64,000 nt of DNA. Origin: Chloroflexota bacterium (GTDB lineage Bacteria > Chloroflexota > UBA11872 > VXOZ01). The stretch is taken from NCBI GenBank assembly GCA_965261635.1, contig OZ253463.1, positions 13,089 through 77,088 on the forward strand, in the 5' to 3' direction. The translations under genes and the position numbers were made by a program. The notes beneath the pieces were generated by a model. The model saw only the letters and a program-made list of their open reading frames with translations, had not been told where the DNA came from and searched no databases. Of this stretch, positions 20,265-30,176 are shown in pieces (position 1 is the first letter of the stretch; the number at the start of each line of letters is the position of its first letter).

Positions 20265-20604
20265 GTTGGCTCCTGTACCTCGCTTTCTTCCTGCCGGTGA
20301 TGTACGACGGCAGACAATTCGTGCATTTCATCCTGCTGCTGCTTGCGAGATCGGGCGCCGGCACAGGATTCCATACATCGCAGGAGAACTACTCACTTGC
20401 AAAGTGGCACGTCTCCACACGAACAGCTAGAGACGTATCTCCGGAAAATCAGGGCATTCCGGTCAAAGAGAGAGCCACATAAAGCCCAATTGTTGAAGTG
20501 CTATGGCGCTCGTGCCAGAGCAGTTTTGATGCGCTGCCACGCTCTGGTATATAATGCCAGTCTTAAGAGCACTATACCTCTTTCTCCATGAAGGGTACAA
20601 CCGT

Positions 20605-22686
20605 ATGAAGGCGTATGCGACGAGTTCAATTCGTAATGTTGGGCTCTTCTCACATGTAGGCGCGGGCAAGACCTCTCTTGCGGAAGCGATGTTGTTTACT
20701 ACCGGTGCAGTCAATCGTCTTGGTTCCGTGGACAACGGCAGCACGGTGTCAGACTACGATCCAGACGAGGTCAAGCGCCAAATCTCTCTCAATCTTTCAC
20801 TCATTCCCGTGGAATCGGGCGACGCCAAGATCAATCTGCTCGACACGCCGGGCTACGCGGACTTTTCCGGAGAGGTAGCCAGCGCGCTCCACGTATCGGA
20901 TGGCGCAGTGCTGGTGGTGGATGTGTCAAGCGGTGTGCAAGTAGGCACTGAGGAGTCATGGGAACGGATTACGGCAAATGAGCTTCCTAAGTTGATATTT
21001 GTCAATCGTATGGATCGCGAGAATGCCGACTACTTTGCCACCTTGGAGAGCCTACAGGAGTTCTTTGGCAGCAGTGTGGCGCCACTCCACGTTCCCATCG
21101 GTTCCCAAGACGACTTCAAGGGCGTGGTAGACCTCTTGGCGAACACTGCCTATCTCTACACCGAAAACGAAATAACCGAGTCCCCCGTTCCCGACGATCT
21201 TGAAGATACTGTCGAGGAGTACCGGCAGACGCTCATCGAGAATGTGGTGGAACTCGACGACGCACTGACGGAGAAGTATCTTGAAGGCGAGGATATCACC
21301 GCCGAGGAACTTCAGGCCGCGGTCCACGAAGGTGTGCTCACCGGCCAACTAACACCGGTGCTGTGCGGCGCCGCAACCCGCAACGTCGGTGTGCAGGCGC
21401 TCATCGACGCCATCATCCGCTATCTCCCGTCACCGGCGGAGACTGCTGCCGCTACCGCAACCCATGCGGGTGAAGAGCAGGAGATTCCCGCTGATTCGGA
21501 TGGACCGCTTGCGGCGTTTGTCTACAAGACCCTGGGTGATCCTTACGTTGGCAAACTATCCTTTATTCGAGTCTACTCCGGCACGCTGCGCTCGGACTCC
21601 CGAGTGTGGAACGTCAATGCTGAATCTGAGGAGCGTATCGGTCAGTTGCTCTTTGTGCGCGGTCGCGAACAGGCACCGGCAGAGCACATCGCTGCCGGTG
21701 ATATGGGCGCGGTGGCAAAGCTGACTCAGACACTCACCAGCCACACGCTGGGCGAGCGCAAGCAACCGCTGGCGTTGCCGGCCGTCACGTTTCCACAGTG
21801 GCTCTTCACCGCCGCCATCGAGCCGACATCGAAGGAAGACTTGGAAAAACTCAGCAGTGCGCTGGCCCGCGTCACGGAGGAAGACCCCAGCCTACACGTC
21901 GAGCGGCAGCCGATCACGGGACAAACGCTCCTCTCCGGCATCGGGGAAACCCACATCAACGTTGCCCTGGAGCGTATGAAACGTAAATTTGGCGCCGACG
22001 TTAAGACGATCCCCGTGAAAGTACCGTATAAGGAAACGATCACCAAGACCGCAGCGGCGGAGGGCCGCTTTGTGCGCCAGACCGGCGGCCACGGACAATA
22101 CGCAGTCTGCAACATCGAGATCGAGCCCACGGCAAGAGGGGAGGGCTTCGAGTTCGTGGACAAGATCTTCGGCGGTTCGATCTCGGCCCCGTTCCGCGAA
22201 GCGGTGCACAAGGGTGTCCGCGAATCGATGAAAGAGGGCACGCTCGCCAGTGGCGAAGTGGTAGACCTGCGCGTGAGGCTGGTAGACGGCAAGGAACATA
22301 CGGTCGATTCCTCCGACCTAGCATTTCAGATTGCCGGCTCCATGGCGCTCAAGGAGGCCATGGACAGGGCGAGACCGGTCTTGTTGGAGCCGATCTTGCA
22401 GGTGCGGGTACGCGTGCCGGAAGACCGCATGGGCGACGTTATCGGCGACCTCACCAGCCGCCGCGCCAAGGTACACAGCATGGACATGGTGTCTCCCGGC
22501 ACGATGGAAATCCAGGCGGAAGTTCCCCAGGCAGAGGTGCTGCGCTACGCCACCGACCTGCGCTCGCTCACCCAGGGACGCGCTACCTTTTTTTCTGAGT
22601 TCATAGGCTACGAGCAGGTACCTGCCAGCACGCAGGAACAGGTGGTTGAAGCGCACAAGCGGGAGAAGGAAGAAGCCTCCTCGTAG
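20605..22686 (+). CDS. fusA: elongation factor G paralogue (EF-G2-like)
   Basis: SHVGAGKTS, DTPG, NRMD, RQTGGHGQY, VDSSDLAF, LRSLTQG; not in an rpsL-rpsG-tuf context. Confidence 0.85.
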   Translation: MKAYATSSIRNVGLFSHVGAGKTSLAEAMLFTTGAVNRLGSVDNGSTVSDYDPDEVKRQISLNLSLIPVESGDAKINLLDTPGYADFSGEVASALHVSDGAVLVVDVSSGVQVGTEESWERITANELPKLIFVNRMDRENADYFATLESLQEFFGSSVAPLHVPIGSQDDFKGVVDLLANTAYLYTENEITESPVPDDLEDTVEEYRQTLIENVVELDDALTEKYLEGEDITAEELQAAVHEGVLTGQLTPVLCGAATRNVGVQALIDAIIRYLPSPAETAAATATHAGEEQEIPADSDGPLAAFVYKTLGDPYVGKLSFIRVYSGTLRSDSRVWNVNAESEERIGQLLFVRGREQAPAEHIAAGDMGAVAKLTQTLTSHTLGERKQPLALPAVTFPQWLFTAAIEPTSKEDLEKLSSALARVTEEDPSLHVERQPITGQTLLSGIGETHINVALERMKRKFGADVKTIPVKVPYKETITKTAAAEGRFVRQTGGHGQYAVCNIEIEPTARGEGFEFVDKIFGGSISAPFREAVHKGVRESMKEGTLASGEVVDLRVRLVDGKEHTVDSSDLAFQIAGSMALKEAMDRARPVLLEPILQVRVRVPEDRMGDVIGDLTSRRAKVHSMDMVSPGTMEIQAEVPQAEVLRYATDLRSLTQGRATFFSEFIGYEQVPASTQEQVVEAHKREKEEASS

Positions 22687-22983
22687 ATCCTTAAGCATTT
22701 GACACGCGCTGTGCCACCAGCGCAAAACGGCAACCAACTCCCTGGGAGGCCCGTACCACGTGCGGGGCATGCTATACACATCCCCCAGGCCGACGAGCGA
22801 CAAGAGTCTCTCTCTTTGGGAGTCCATCGAAAAACCCTCGTCAGAAGCAAATGACTAACTCCCTCTCCTTGGGGAGAGTGCCGGGGTGAGGGGAAATCTT
22901 CACTGTTCCAGCCGGAATCCGCGTGTTCGTCAAAGTCTTGAAAAGATCTTCCGAGAGAGTGTCACTACTTGTGGAGGCAGAGC

Positions 22984-23304
22984 ATGAGACCGGTTAACGT
23001 CGCGCCGATTCTTGCGGAAGATTCGCTCTTTCGCATTGTTGCCGGCACAGCGCAGAGTCAGGTCGGCATATTGGTGCTGGGCCCAGGTGAGAAGACCGGC
23101 GGCCTGCACGCCAGCGACCACCCGCATTCCGACCAAGTGGTCTACATCGTTTCAGGAAACGGCGAGGCGACAGTCCGCGACCAAACAGCGCCCCTCGCCC
23201 CAGGCGACGTGCTCATCATCGAAGCCGGCGACCCCCACGAACTCCGCTGCACCGGCGACGAACCCCTACGCACGCTGAATGTCTACGCCCCAGCCGCGTA
23301 TTAG
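22984..23304 (+). CDS. cupin-domain protein
   Basis: HPHSDQVVYIVSG, GDVLIIEAGDPHEL, LNVYAP. Confidence 0.8.
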   Translation: MRPVNVAPILAEDSLFRIVAGTAQSQVGILVLGPGEKTGGLHASDHPHSDQVVYIVSGNGEATVRDQTAPLAPGDVLIIEAGDPHELRCTGDEPLRTLNVYAPAAY

Positions 23305-23525
23305 ATTGCAGCGCAATAGCGGAAAACCCAGCAGGATGTTGACTCTCCTCGCTTATCAGTGCGAGGACTCAAATTGCTGAGCCAATCCAGACAGAATTAG
23401 CGCAGTGCCTTCAATCCAAATGCCGGAGCAGGACAATAGAACCCATTGCTGTGGTAAACCCAGTGTGTTTCTTGAAGGCATTTCGCTATCGAATGGGATT
23501 CTAATCTAGCTTACAATCGTAACGG

Positions 23526-25169
23526 ATGGTTCAAAGCAATTATGGGATTGCTGTGGAGTGTGGTTCAATGAATGGAAGCACAACACGCGACACGTCAGCG
23601 ATTATGCGACGGGTCAAATCGCGCGACACGGCACCAGAGATTGCTATCAGAAAAGCTCTTTGGTTGCAGGGGATACGGTATCGACTGCACGTGCAAGGCC
23701 TACCAGGCAAACCGGACTTGGCGCTACTCAAGAAGCGAATTGCAGTCTTCATTGACGGTGACTTCTGGCATGGAGGACAATGGCGAAAACGTAATCTTAC
23801 GGCGCTTCACGAGCAGTTTCGGGCCACCTCGACGAAAAGCTACTGGATGAGAAAGATCAGGCGCAATATGGATCGAGACGCAAGAACCACGGCCTCTCTA
23901 TTGGAAGAGGGCTGGACTGTCTTGCGGCTTTGGGAGAGTGAGATCAAGGATGATCTAACCGGATCAGTTGAGACGGTCGTAGATGTGTGCCGAAACGGGG
24001 CTGAACCATCGAACTTGGCCCTTCTGCCGCAACGAACCGTCGCTGAATTCTTTGCGGGCATGGGGCTTGTGCGTTTGGGGCTTGAGCGTCAAGGATGGTC
24101 GGTCAAGTATGCTAACGATATTGCCCCAAAGAAAGCGGAGATGTATACGGCACAATTTGGGGATACTGCCGAGTGTTTGCAGGTCGGCGACATACACGAG
24201 GTTGACTCCGGGAAATTGCCGACAGTAACACTCGCTACCGCCTCATTCCCATGCAATGACCTGTCACTAGCAGGTGCGAGAAAAGGCCTCGCAGGCAAGA
24301 AGTCTTCAGCGTTTTGGGGATTCGTACGCGTCTTGAAAGACATGGGAGATCGGAAGCCGCCTTTAGTTCTTATTGAGAATGTGCCTGGTTTCTTGACATC
24401 GCACCAAGGCGAGGACTTTAGGCAAGCGCTCGCAGCACTCAATAGACTAGGGTATGCTGTTGATTCGTTTGTAGTAGATGCGTCTCACTTTGTTCCTCAG
24501 AGCCGCGCACGTCTGTTTGTGGTGGGTCAGTTGTGGAAAGAACGCCAGAAGCAAGAGGCTAGTCTGCTCCAAGACTCGGCCATAATCACTGCGCGGCCAA
24601 AACAGTTGCTCTCGTTTATCGCAGCGCATCCTGAAATATCGTGGAAACTTCGACCTCTACCAGCATTGCCCCGACGAGCACAAGACCTTGAAGCGGTTTT
24701 GGAAAAGCTTTCTGACGACGCTCCAGAATGGTGGAGTGACAAAAGGGCAACCTACTTACTAAACCAAATGAGCGAGCGTCACCGGGCGATAGCAGACCGC
24801 ATGATTGGCGATGATTGTTGGTCATATGGAACGGTTTTCCGACGGGTGCGCTATGGCCGATCCATGGCGGAACTGCGTACCGATGGAATTGCAGGCTGTT
24901 TGCGGACCACGCTCGGTGGGAGCGGTCGACAAATTCTCTTCAAGGCTGGCTATGGGCGCTATTTCGCACGATTGCTGACACCAAGAGAATGCGCTCGACT
25001 CATGGGAGCGGATGATTTCACCATTGACGTACCACAAAACCAAGCGCTTCACGCATTTGGGGACGCCGTGTGTGTGTCAGTGATTGAGTGGATTGCCGAG
25101 CACTATTTTAATCCAGTAGTCAATGAACTTATCCGCGGAAATCCCCTACGGCTAGCCCTAGAACCATGA
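23526..25169 (+). CDS. Vsr endonuclease / C5-cytosine methyltransferase fusion
   Basis: N-half IMRRVKSRDTAPE, LPGKPD, FIDGDFWHG, LRLWESE; C-half EFFAGMG, SFPCND, IENV, QSRARLF, FGDAVC; single continuous frame. Confidence 0.88.
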   Translation: MVQSNYGIAVECGSMNGSTTRDTSAIMRRVKSRDTAPEIAIRKALWLQGIRYRLHVQGLPGKPDLALLKKRIAVFIDGDFWHGGQWRKRNLTALHEQFRATSTKSYWMRKIRRNMDRDARTTASLLEEGWTVLRLWESEIKDDLTGSVETVVDVCRNGAEPSNLALLPQRTVAEFFAGMGLVRLGLERQGWSVKYANDIAPKKAEMYTAQFGDTAECLQVGDIHEVDSGKLPTVTLATASFPCNDLSLAGARKGLAGKKSSAFWGFVRVLKDMGDRKPPLVLIENVPGFLTSHQGEDFRQALAALNRLGYAVDSFVVDASHFVPQSRARLFVVGQLWKERQKQEASLLQDSAIITARPKQLLSFIAAHPEISWKLRPLPALPRRAQDLEAVLEKLSDDAPEWWSDKRATYLLNQMSERHRAIADRMIGDDCWSYGTVFRRVRYGRSMAELRTDGIAGCLRTTLGGSGRQILFKAGYGRYFARLLTPRECARLMGADDFTIDVPQNQALHAFGDAVCVSVIEWIAEHYFNPVVNELIRGNPLRLALEP

Positions 25170-26140
25170 CAAGTGCCAACTCCCATGAGTCTGCCCTCGC
25201 TGCCATAAAGGCATGGCATAACGATCTTCGCAACTATCCGGGTGGGAAAGCGCGAGGAAGCATCGCAGCGGCATTGGTAACGGTTGAGCACCTTAGAGAG
25301 AACTACATACTTAGCATTGACAATCATATTGCAGAAGGAAGAGCACAGGTTCGTGGGCTTTCGCCTGGAAGTGTTGCAAAGATTCTCGCGCGCTACGGGG
25401 AGACGAGAAAGTACCTAGCTGAAGGCGGAAGAACCAATCGAGGGTCACGACGCGCGGTGGAAGATCTCCTAGAGTCGCTGAAGCCTCTAGCTTTAGAGAA
25501 TTTGCCACACATGGAACGAAACGAGGTCCTCAATGCCGTGCAGATGTTTCTCGTCGAGCGCGTCGTGGAATACTTCAACAGCAGGCGTCTGGCGCCTCCG
25601 TACGATCCAGCGGCGAGCACTTGGCATTCTATCAATCAGATTCTGCATGAGGCAAAGGAATCAGGCAAGTCTGGGCCGGTGGCACAGCATCTTGTGGGAG
25701 CGAAACTGCAATTGCGTTTTCCAAAACTGAATATTCCCAATAATCCCGCGAGCGCTGCTGACCAGCAAACGGGTCGCGACGGCGACTTCCAGATTAGAGA
25801 CACCGCATTCCACGTAACAGTTGCCCCATCTAGAGACAACCTGTTCGACAGAGTCAAAGAGAACATCCAGCATGGCCTACGTGTCTATGTCATCGTTCCT
25901 GACGATAAAGTGGCCTTGGCTCGGGGTTACGCTGAAGAGCAACTTCTTAGTCAGTCCTTTCAGATTGCGGTGTGTGCCATTGAGGACTTTGTGGCACAAA
26001 ACATAGATGAACTGTCTCTTTTTGCGAAGGGCCAACTTTTGACAGGTTTCAAGGCGCTCCTTCATGAATTTAACCGGCGTGTTGACGAGGTAGAATCCGA
26101 TAAGTCCGTGCTCATTGAAATCCCTGCGACTCTGCAATAA
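25166..26140 (+). CDS. DUF4928-family putative restriction endonuclease
   Basis: EGGRTNRG, AQHLVGAKLQLRFP, ADQQTGRDGDF, FHVTVAP; ATGA overlap with the MTase. Confidence 0.7.
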   Translation: MTSANSHESALAAIKAWHNDLRNYPGGKARGSIAAALVTVEHLRENYILSIDNHIAEGRAQVRGLSPGSVAKILARYGETRKYLAEGGRTNRGSRRAVEDLLESLKPLALENLPHMERNEVLNAVQMFLVERVVEYFNSRRLAPPYDPAASTWHSINQILHEAKESGKSGPVAQHLVGAKLQLRFPKLNIPNNPASAADQQTGRDGDFQIRDTAFHVTVAPSRDNLFDRVKENIQHGLRVYVIVPDDKVALARGYAEEQLLSQSFQIAVCAIEDFVAQNIDELSLFAKGQLLTGFKALLHEFNRRVDEVESDKSVLIEIPATLQ

Positions 26141-26192
26141 TTGCTAGCAAGTATTTCGGCTTCGTGCGAGTTGGCAGCGTAGGATTGGCAGA

Positions 26193-26963
26193 TTGACTGA
26201 TACCATAAAGCGCATTGTGTGCCTCGCCAACTCACGCAAGGAGGGCGACCGCTGCATCGCGGGCAAAGAACTCTTGGCAGATGGACGGCCCGGCGCATGG
26301 GTGCGGCCCGTCAGCGACCGAGGGGATGAAGCAGTTAGTTCATTCGAGCGGCAGTACCGGGACCACAGCGAGCCGCGCGTGCTGGACGTTATCGACGTGC
26401 CGGTGCTTGAGGAGCGGCCAAACACGTACCAGTCGGAAAACTGGCTGCTTGACCCACATCCTGCTCATCCGCCCGTCTTTTGGAGTAAAGTGTGCCGCGT
26501 CACCCTGGATAACTTACCACAGTTCGCCGACCCGGCGGGCCCACTATGGATTAACGGACACAGCGGCAGCAATGGACAGAACGACAGAATCCCGCTCTAT
26601 CTTGCCAATGCCCTTGATAGTTCGCTGCGTCTCATCCAGGTTGACCGGCTGGAACTGTCCACGGCTAAGGCAGAATCCAAGCTGAAAGTGCAGGGGCGCT
26701 TCCTGTACAAAGTGCAGGGACGATTCCGGTATGATGGAGTAGAGTATCGGCTGAGCGTCACCGATCCCATCTATGAGCACGCGTACGGAGAACTGCCCAA
26801 CACCAGCTATGCGCTTGACACCTGCTTTCTTACCATTAGTCTCGGCGGGGCGCATAAAGGCTTTGCCTATAAACTCATCGCCGCTATCATTGCACCATCG
26901 GAGCTAACCACAGCGGACACGCCAATTGAGAACACAGCGCAGATTCCGCTGTTCACCCTCTAA
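26193..26963 (+). CDS. dual OB-fold domain protein, copy 1
   Basis: KRIVCLANSRK...RCIAG, WVRPVS, YQSENW, SSLRLI, YRLSVTDP, ISLG, YKLIAAII. Confidence 0.7.
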   Translation: MTDTIKRIVCLANSRKEGDRCIAGKELLADGRPGAWVRPVSDRGDEAVSSFERQYRDHSEPRVLDVIDVPVLEERPNTYQSENWLLDPHPAHPPVFWSKVCRVTLDNLPQFADPAGPLWINGHSGSNGQNDRIPLYLANALDSSLRLIQVDRLELSTAKAESKLKVQGRFLYKVQGRFRYDGVEYRLSVTDPIYEHAYGELPNTSYALDTCFLTISLGGAHKGFAYKLIAAIIAPSELTTADTPIENTAQIPLFTL

Positions 26964-27012
26964 CATATCGCGTTGGGTAGTCGCGTCGGAGCACTACGGG
27001 TAAGTTGCTGCC

Positions 27013-27699
27013 ATGGTAGACAACATGACAAAGCGCATTGTGTGCCTCGCCAACTCACGCAAAGAGGGTGACCGATGCATCGCCGGCATAGAACTGATGG
27101 AGGATGAAAGCCCCGGCGGGTGGGTGCGGCCCGTCAGCGACCGCGAAGATGAAGCGGTCAATGAAAGCGAGCGGCAGTACGAAGATGGGGATGAGCCGCG
27201 CGTGCTTGATGTTGTCGATGTGCCGCTGCTCAAGGCACGCCCGAAGGGCTACCAGCAGGAAAACTGGCTGCTGGATCCGAGCCAACGTTGGAAGCGAATT
27301 CACCAAATTGGGCCGGATGCACTACAGGATTTTGCTGAACCGGCTGAGCCGCTCTGGGTTAATGGCTACCACACGAATCACGGGCGGAACGATAGGGTGC
27401 CGCTTGACCCCGCCAAGTCGCTGGATAGTTCGTTACGACTTATACGCGTTAGCGCGCTGGAGCTCGACGTGTTTGCACCCAGGGTAGACGTTGGTGACTT
27501 TAAGCGGCGGATCAAGGGCCGGTTACAATATACTGGTGAGGAGTATCGGCTTTGGGTCACCGATCCTGTCTATGAAGAAATCTACTTGAACCGGCCGAAC
27601 AATTCCTATGCTCTGGGCAATTGTTTCCTTACGGTGAGTCTGGGCGAGCCTTACCAGGGCCACGCTTATAAGCTCATCGCCGCCATCATTGAGCTTTAG
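27013..27699 (+). CDS. dual OB-fold domain protein, copy 2
   Basis: Same motifs as copy 1; clear paralogue. Confidence 0.72.
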   Translation: MVDNMTKRIVCLANSRKEGDRCIAGIELMEDESPGGWVRPVSDREDEAVNESERQYEDGDEPRVLDVVDVPLLKARPKGYQQENWLLDPSQRWKRIHQIGPDALQDFAEPAEPLWVNGYHTNHGRNDRVPLDPAKSLDSSLRLIRVSALELDVFAPRVDVGDFKRRIKGRLQYTGEEYRLWVTDPVYEEIYLNRPNNSYALGNCFLTVSLGEPYQGHAYKLIAAIIEL

Positions 27700-27713
27700 T
27701 GGAGAAACATAAC

Positions 27714-28349
27714 GTGAGTGCAAAGCGCCATTCAGTGTTCACCATCGGCCATTCTAATCACGATTCCGATGAATTCTTGGCGCTGCTGCGGCAGCATGGC
27801 GTGAATGTGGTGGTGGACGTCCGTTCAGCGCCGTACAGCCGCTACCTACCCCACTTCAACAAGGAAGTCTTGCAAGCAACGTTGGGCAACGCCGGCATTG
27901 ACTATGCCTTTCTGGGCAAGGAGCTTGGCGGCCAACCGGGGGACCGCGCCTGCTACGACGCCGACGGGCGCATCATGTATGACAAGCTAGCGGAAACCGC
28001 TGCCTTCAGCAACGGCATTGAGTACGTCGTGCACAACGCCTCCGCGTCCCGCATCGCCTTGACGTGTAGCGAAAAAGAGCCGCTAGACTGCCACCGCACG
28101 TTGCTGATCAGCCAGGTACTTGTGAAGCGCGGTGTTGCCGTGGCGCATATTCGCGCAGACGGACACCTGGAGAGTCACGACGACGCTATGAACCGCTTGC
28201 TCGACTCATTCGAACTGCCGTACAACGGTGATCTCTTCCGCTCCCGTGAGGCGGTAATTGATGACGCCGTCGCGCGCCGGGCGCAGCGGGTCGGCGCGCG
28301 CTTGCGAGATCCGTCCGCGGGCGGCGCTGATTGGGGGCGTGCGCTCTGA
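27714..28349 (+). CDS. DUF488-family protein
   Basis: FTIGHSNH, VDVRSAPYS, ELGG, CSEKEPLDCHR; GTG start after ggaga. Confidence 0.85.
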   Translation: MSAKRHSVFTIGHSNHDSDEFLALLRQHGVNVVVDVRSAPYSRYLPHFNKEVLQATLGNAGIDYAFLGKELGGQPGDRACYDADGRIMYDKLAETAAFSNGIEYVVHNASASRIALTCSEKEPLDCHRTLLISQVLVKRGVAVAHIRADGHLESHDDAMNRLLDSFELPYNGDLFRSREAVIDDAVARRAQRVGARLRDPSAGGADWGRAL

Positions 28350-28816
28350 AACTTTACACCATCGGCTTTACCAAGAAGACGGCCGCAACGTTCTTTGACC
28401 TGCTCAGGACATCCGGCGCGAAACGCGTGGTGGACGTGCGGTTGCACAATACCTCGCAACTGTCGCGTTTTGCTCATGGCGACGACCTGCCGTATCTTCT
28501 ACAGAGGATTTGCCGGATGCAGTATATTCATGCGCCGGATTTTGCGCCCGCCAAGGCCCTGCTGGATGGCTACCGCGGCGGCGACATCGACTGGGAAGTC
28601 TACGAACGCGATTTCCTTGCCCTGCTGGACGAACGGCGCATCTTTGCAGAAGGCATACGCCCCACTGGAGGAAGACGCATCACGAAGAGATTAAAAGCTA
28701 CCATCGCCAACAGTTGCCTCCTGTGCAGCGAGCATGAACCCGATCACTGCCACCGTCGGCTGGTGGCGGAGTTATTCCAACGACAGTGGGGCGACGTTGA
28801 GATTCAGCACCTATAG
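28346..28816 (+). CDS. DUF488-family protein, second subtype
   Basis: KLYTIGFTKK, VDVRLHNTSQL, CLLCSEHEPDHCHRRL; start uncertain (CTG 28346 or TTG 28331). Confidence 0.8.
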   Translation: MKLYTIGFTKKTAATFFDLLRTSGAKRVVDVRLHNTSQLSRFAHGDDLPYLLQRICRMQYIHAPDFAPAKALLDGYRGGDIDWEVYERDFLALLDERRIFAEGIRPTGGRRITKRLKATIANSCLLCSEHEPDHCHRRLVAELFQRQWGDVEIQHL

Positions 28817-28841
28817 ACTCATCTGAAAGTCAAGAGACCCT

Positions 28842-29483
28842 ATGAATCCTATGGACCTTCTCCATGACCTCGTAGACTGGGTTCTCGCCTGGGCGGACTC
28901 GCCGTTTGGTGGGTTGGCCCTTTTTGTGCTGTCGGCTGCGGAGTCGATTATCTTTCCGATTCCGCCGGACCCCTTGCTGATTGCGTTGGGCGTGGGCAAA
29001 CCGAGCTTTGCCTTGGTCTTTGCCGCCATCTGTCTCGCCGGTTCGCTCCTCGGCGCCAGCGTCGGCTACGTCATTGGTATGTGGGGCGGGCGCCCGGTGG
29101 TGGACCGCCTCTTCTCGCAGGAGAAGATTCAGTTCGTCGAACAGAAATACCAGCGCTACGACGTGTGGGCGATTCTTATCGCCGCGCTCACACCAATACC
29201 CTATAAGGTGTTCACTATCACGGCCGGCATGTTTCGGTTGCACTTCGGCCGCTTCATGCTGGCGTCGCTGATCGGACGCGGCGCGCGCTTCTTCGCCGTG
29301 GGCCTACTGATCGCCTTCTTCGGCGAACCGATTGCGGCGTTCATCGATGAGTACCTTGACATTCTGTTTATTGTCTTTATAATTCTGCTTGTCGGCGGTT
29401 TCTTCGTCATCAAGCTAATGACGCGTTCGGCGAAGCCGCCGGGGCCGGATGGGGCGACGACTACGGAGGAGGCCGCTCCGTAA
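28842..29483 (+). CDS. YqaA/DedA (VTT) membrane protein
   Basis: AESIIFPIPPD, TPIPYKVFTITAG, GRGARFF. Confidence 0.9.
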   Translation: MNPMDLLHDLVDWVLAWADSPFGGLALFVLSAAESIIFPIPPDPLLIALGVGKPSFALVFAAICLAGSLLGASVGYVIGMWGGRPVVDRLFSQEKIQFVEQKYQRYDVWAILIAALTPIPYKVFTITAGMFRLHFGRFMLASLIGRGARFFAVGLLIAFFGEPIAAFIDEYLDILFIVFIILLVGGFFVIKLMTRSAKPPGPDGATTTEEAAP

Positions 29484-29765
29484 TCTAGTAACATAGGGCG
29501 TGCATCGCTAGGGGTTGGGTGTATGATTGCGGTAGGCACCGACGGCCCAAGAGTGCAACCGTACGCGCGATGGAAGTTGGCAAAGGGCTCCTCGCCGTCA
29601 CTCCGGCGGAAGCCGGAGTCTAGGGGAAAAGGCAACGGATGGATTCCCGCCCCGTATCACGTACAGGGCAAGCTTTCGCGGGAATGACGGAAACTAGGAT
29701 GCTCTGTCTTTACTAGCACACGAGAAATAGAGACACTAACAGAAGCGACTACCGAGCGTAGAGCT

Positions 29766-30176
29766 ATGCAAACGTACTATGACGTTCTCGGCGTCTCAGA
29801 GGATGCCGAATCCGAGGAGATCGAAGCGGCATTCCGGCGCGCGCTCGCGTTCGCACAGTCTGAAGCGGATGAAGCCGAGACCGCTGACGTCGCCGCCCGC
29901 ATGCGGATGTTAGCGGAAGCCTATGAGGTTCTTTCCAATCCCGCCTACCGCGCCGCCTACGATCTAAAGCGGGAGCAAAAGGAACCGTTTCCGGTACCGA
30001 AGCCAATCGCGGGATCAAAGCTCTTCCGCGCGTTGAAAGCGAGCGGATCCACCCTCGTCAAGGATGTGAAGGAACAGTACGAGAGCGATCCCACCATCAA
30101 GGAAGACTTTGACCGTTCCATCCAGCTTGGTCGCAAAGTCGCCCGTGCCGCACGCTTTCTCCGCTTCTTGCGGTAG
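29766..30176 (+). CDS. small DnaJ-domain protein lacking HPD
   Basis: YYDVLGV, EAYEVLSNP..RAAYD; no HPD motif. Confidence 0.7.
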   Translation: MQTYYDVLGVSEDAESEEIEAAFRRALAFAQSEADEAETADVAARMRMLAEAYEVLSNPAYRAAYDLKREQKEPFPVPKPIAGSKLFRALKASGSTLVKDVKEQYESDPTIKEDFDRSIQLGRKVARAARFLRFLR

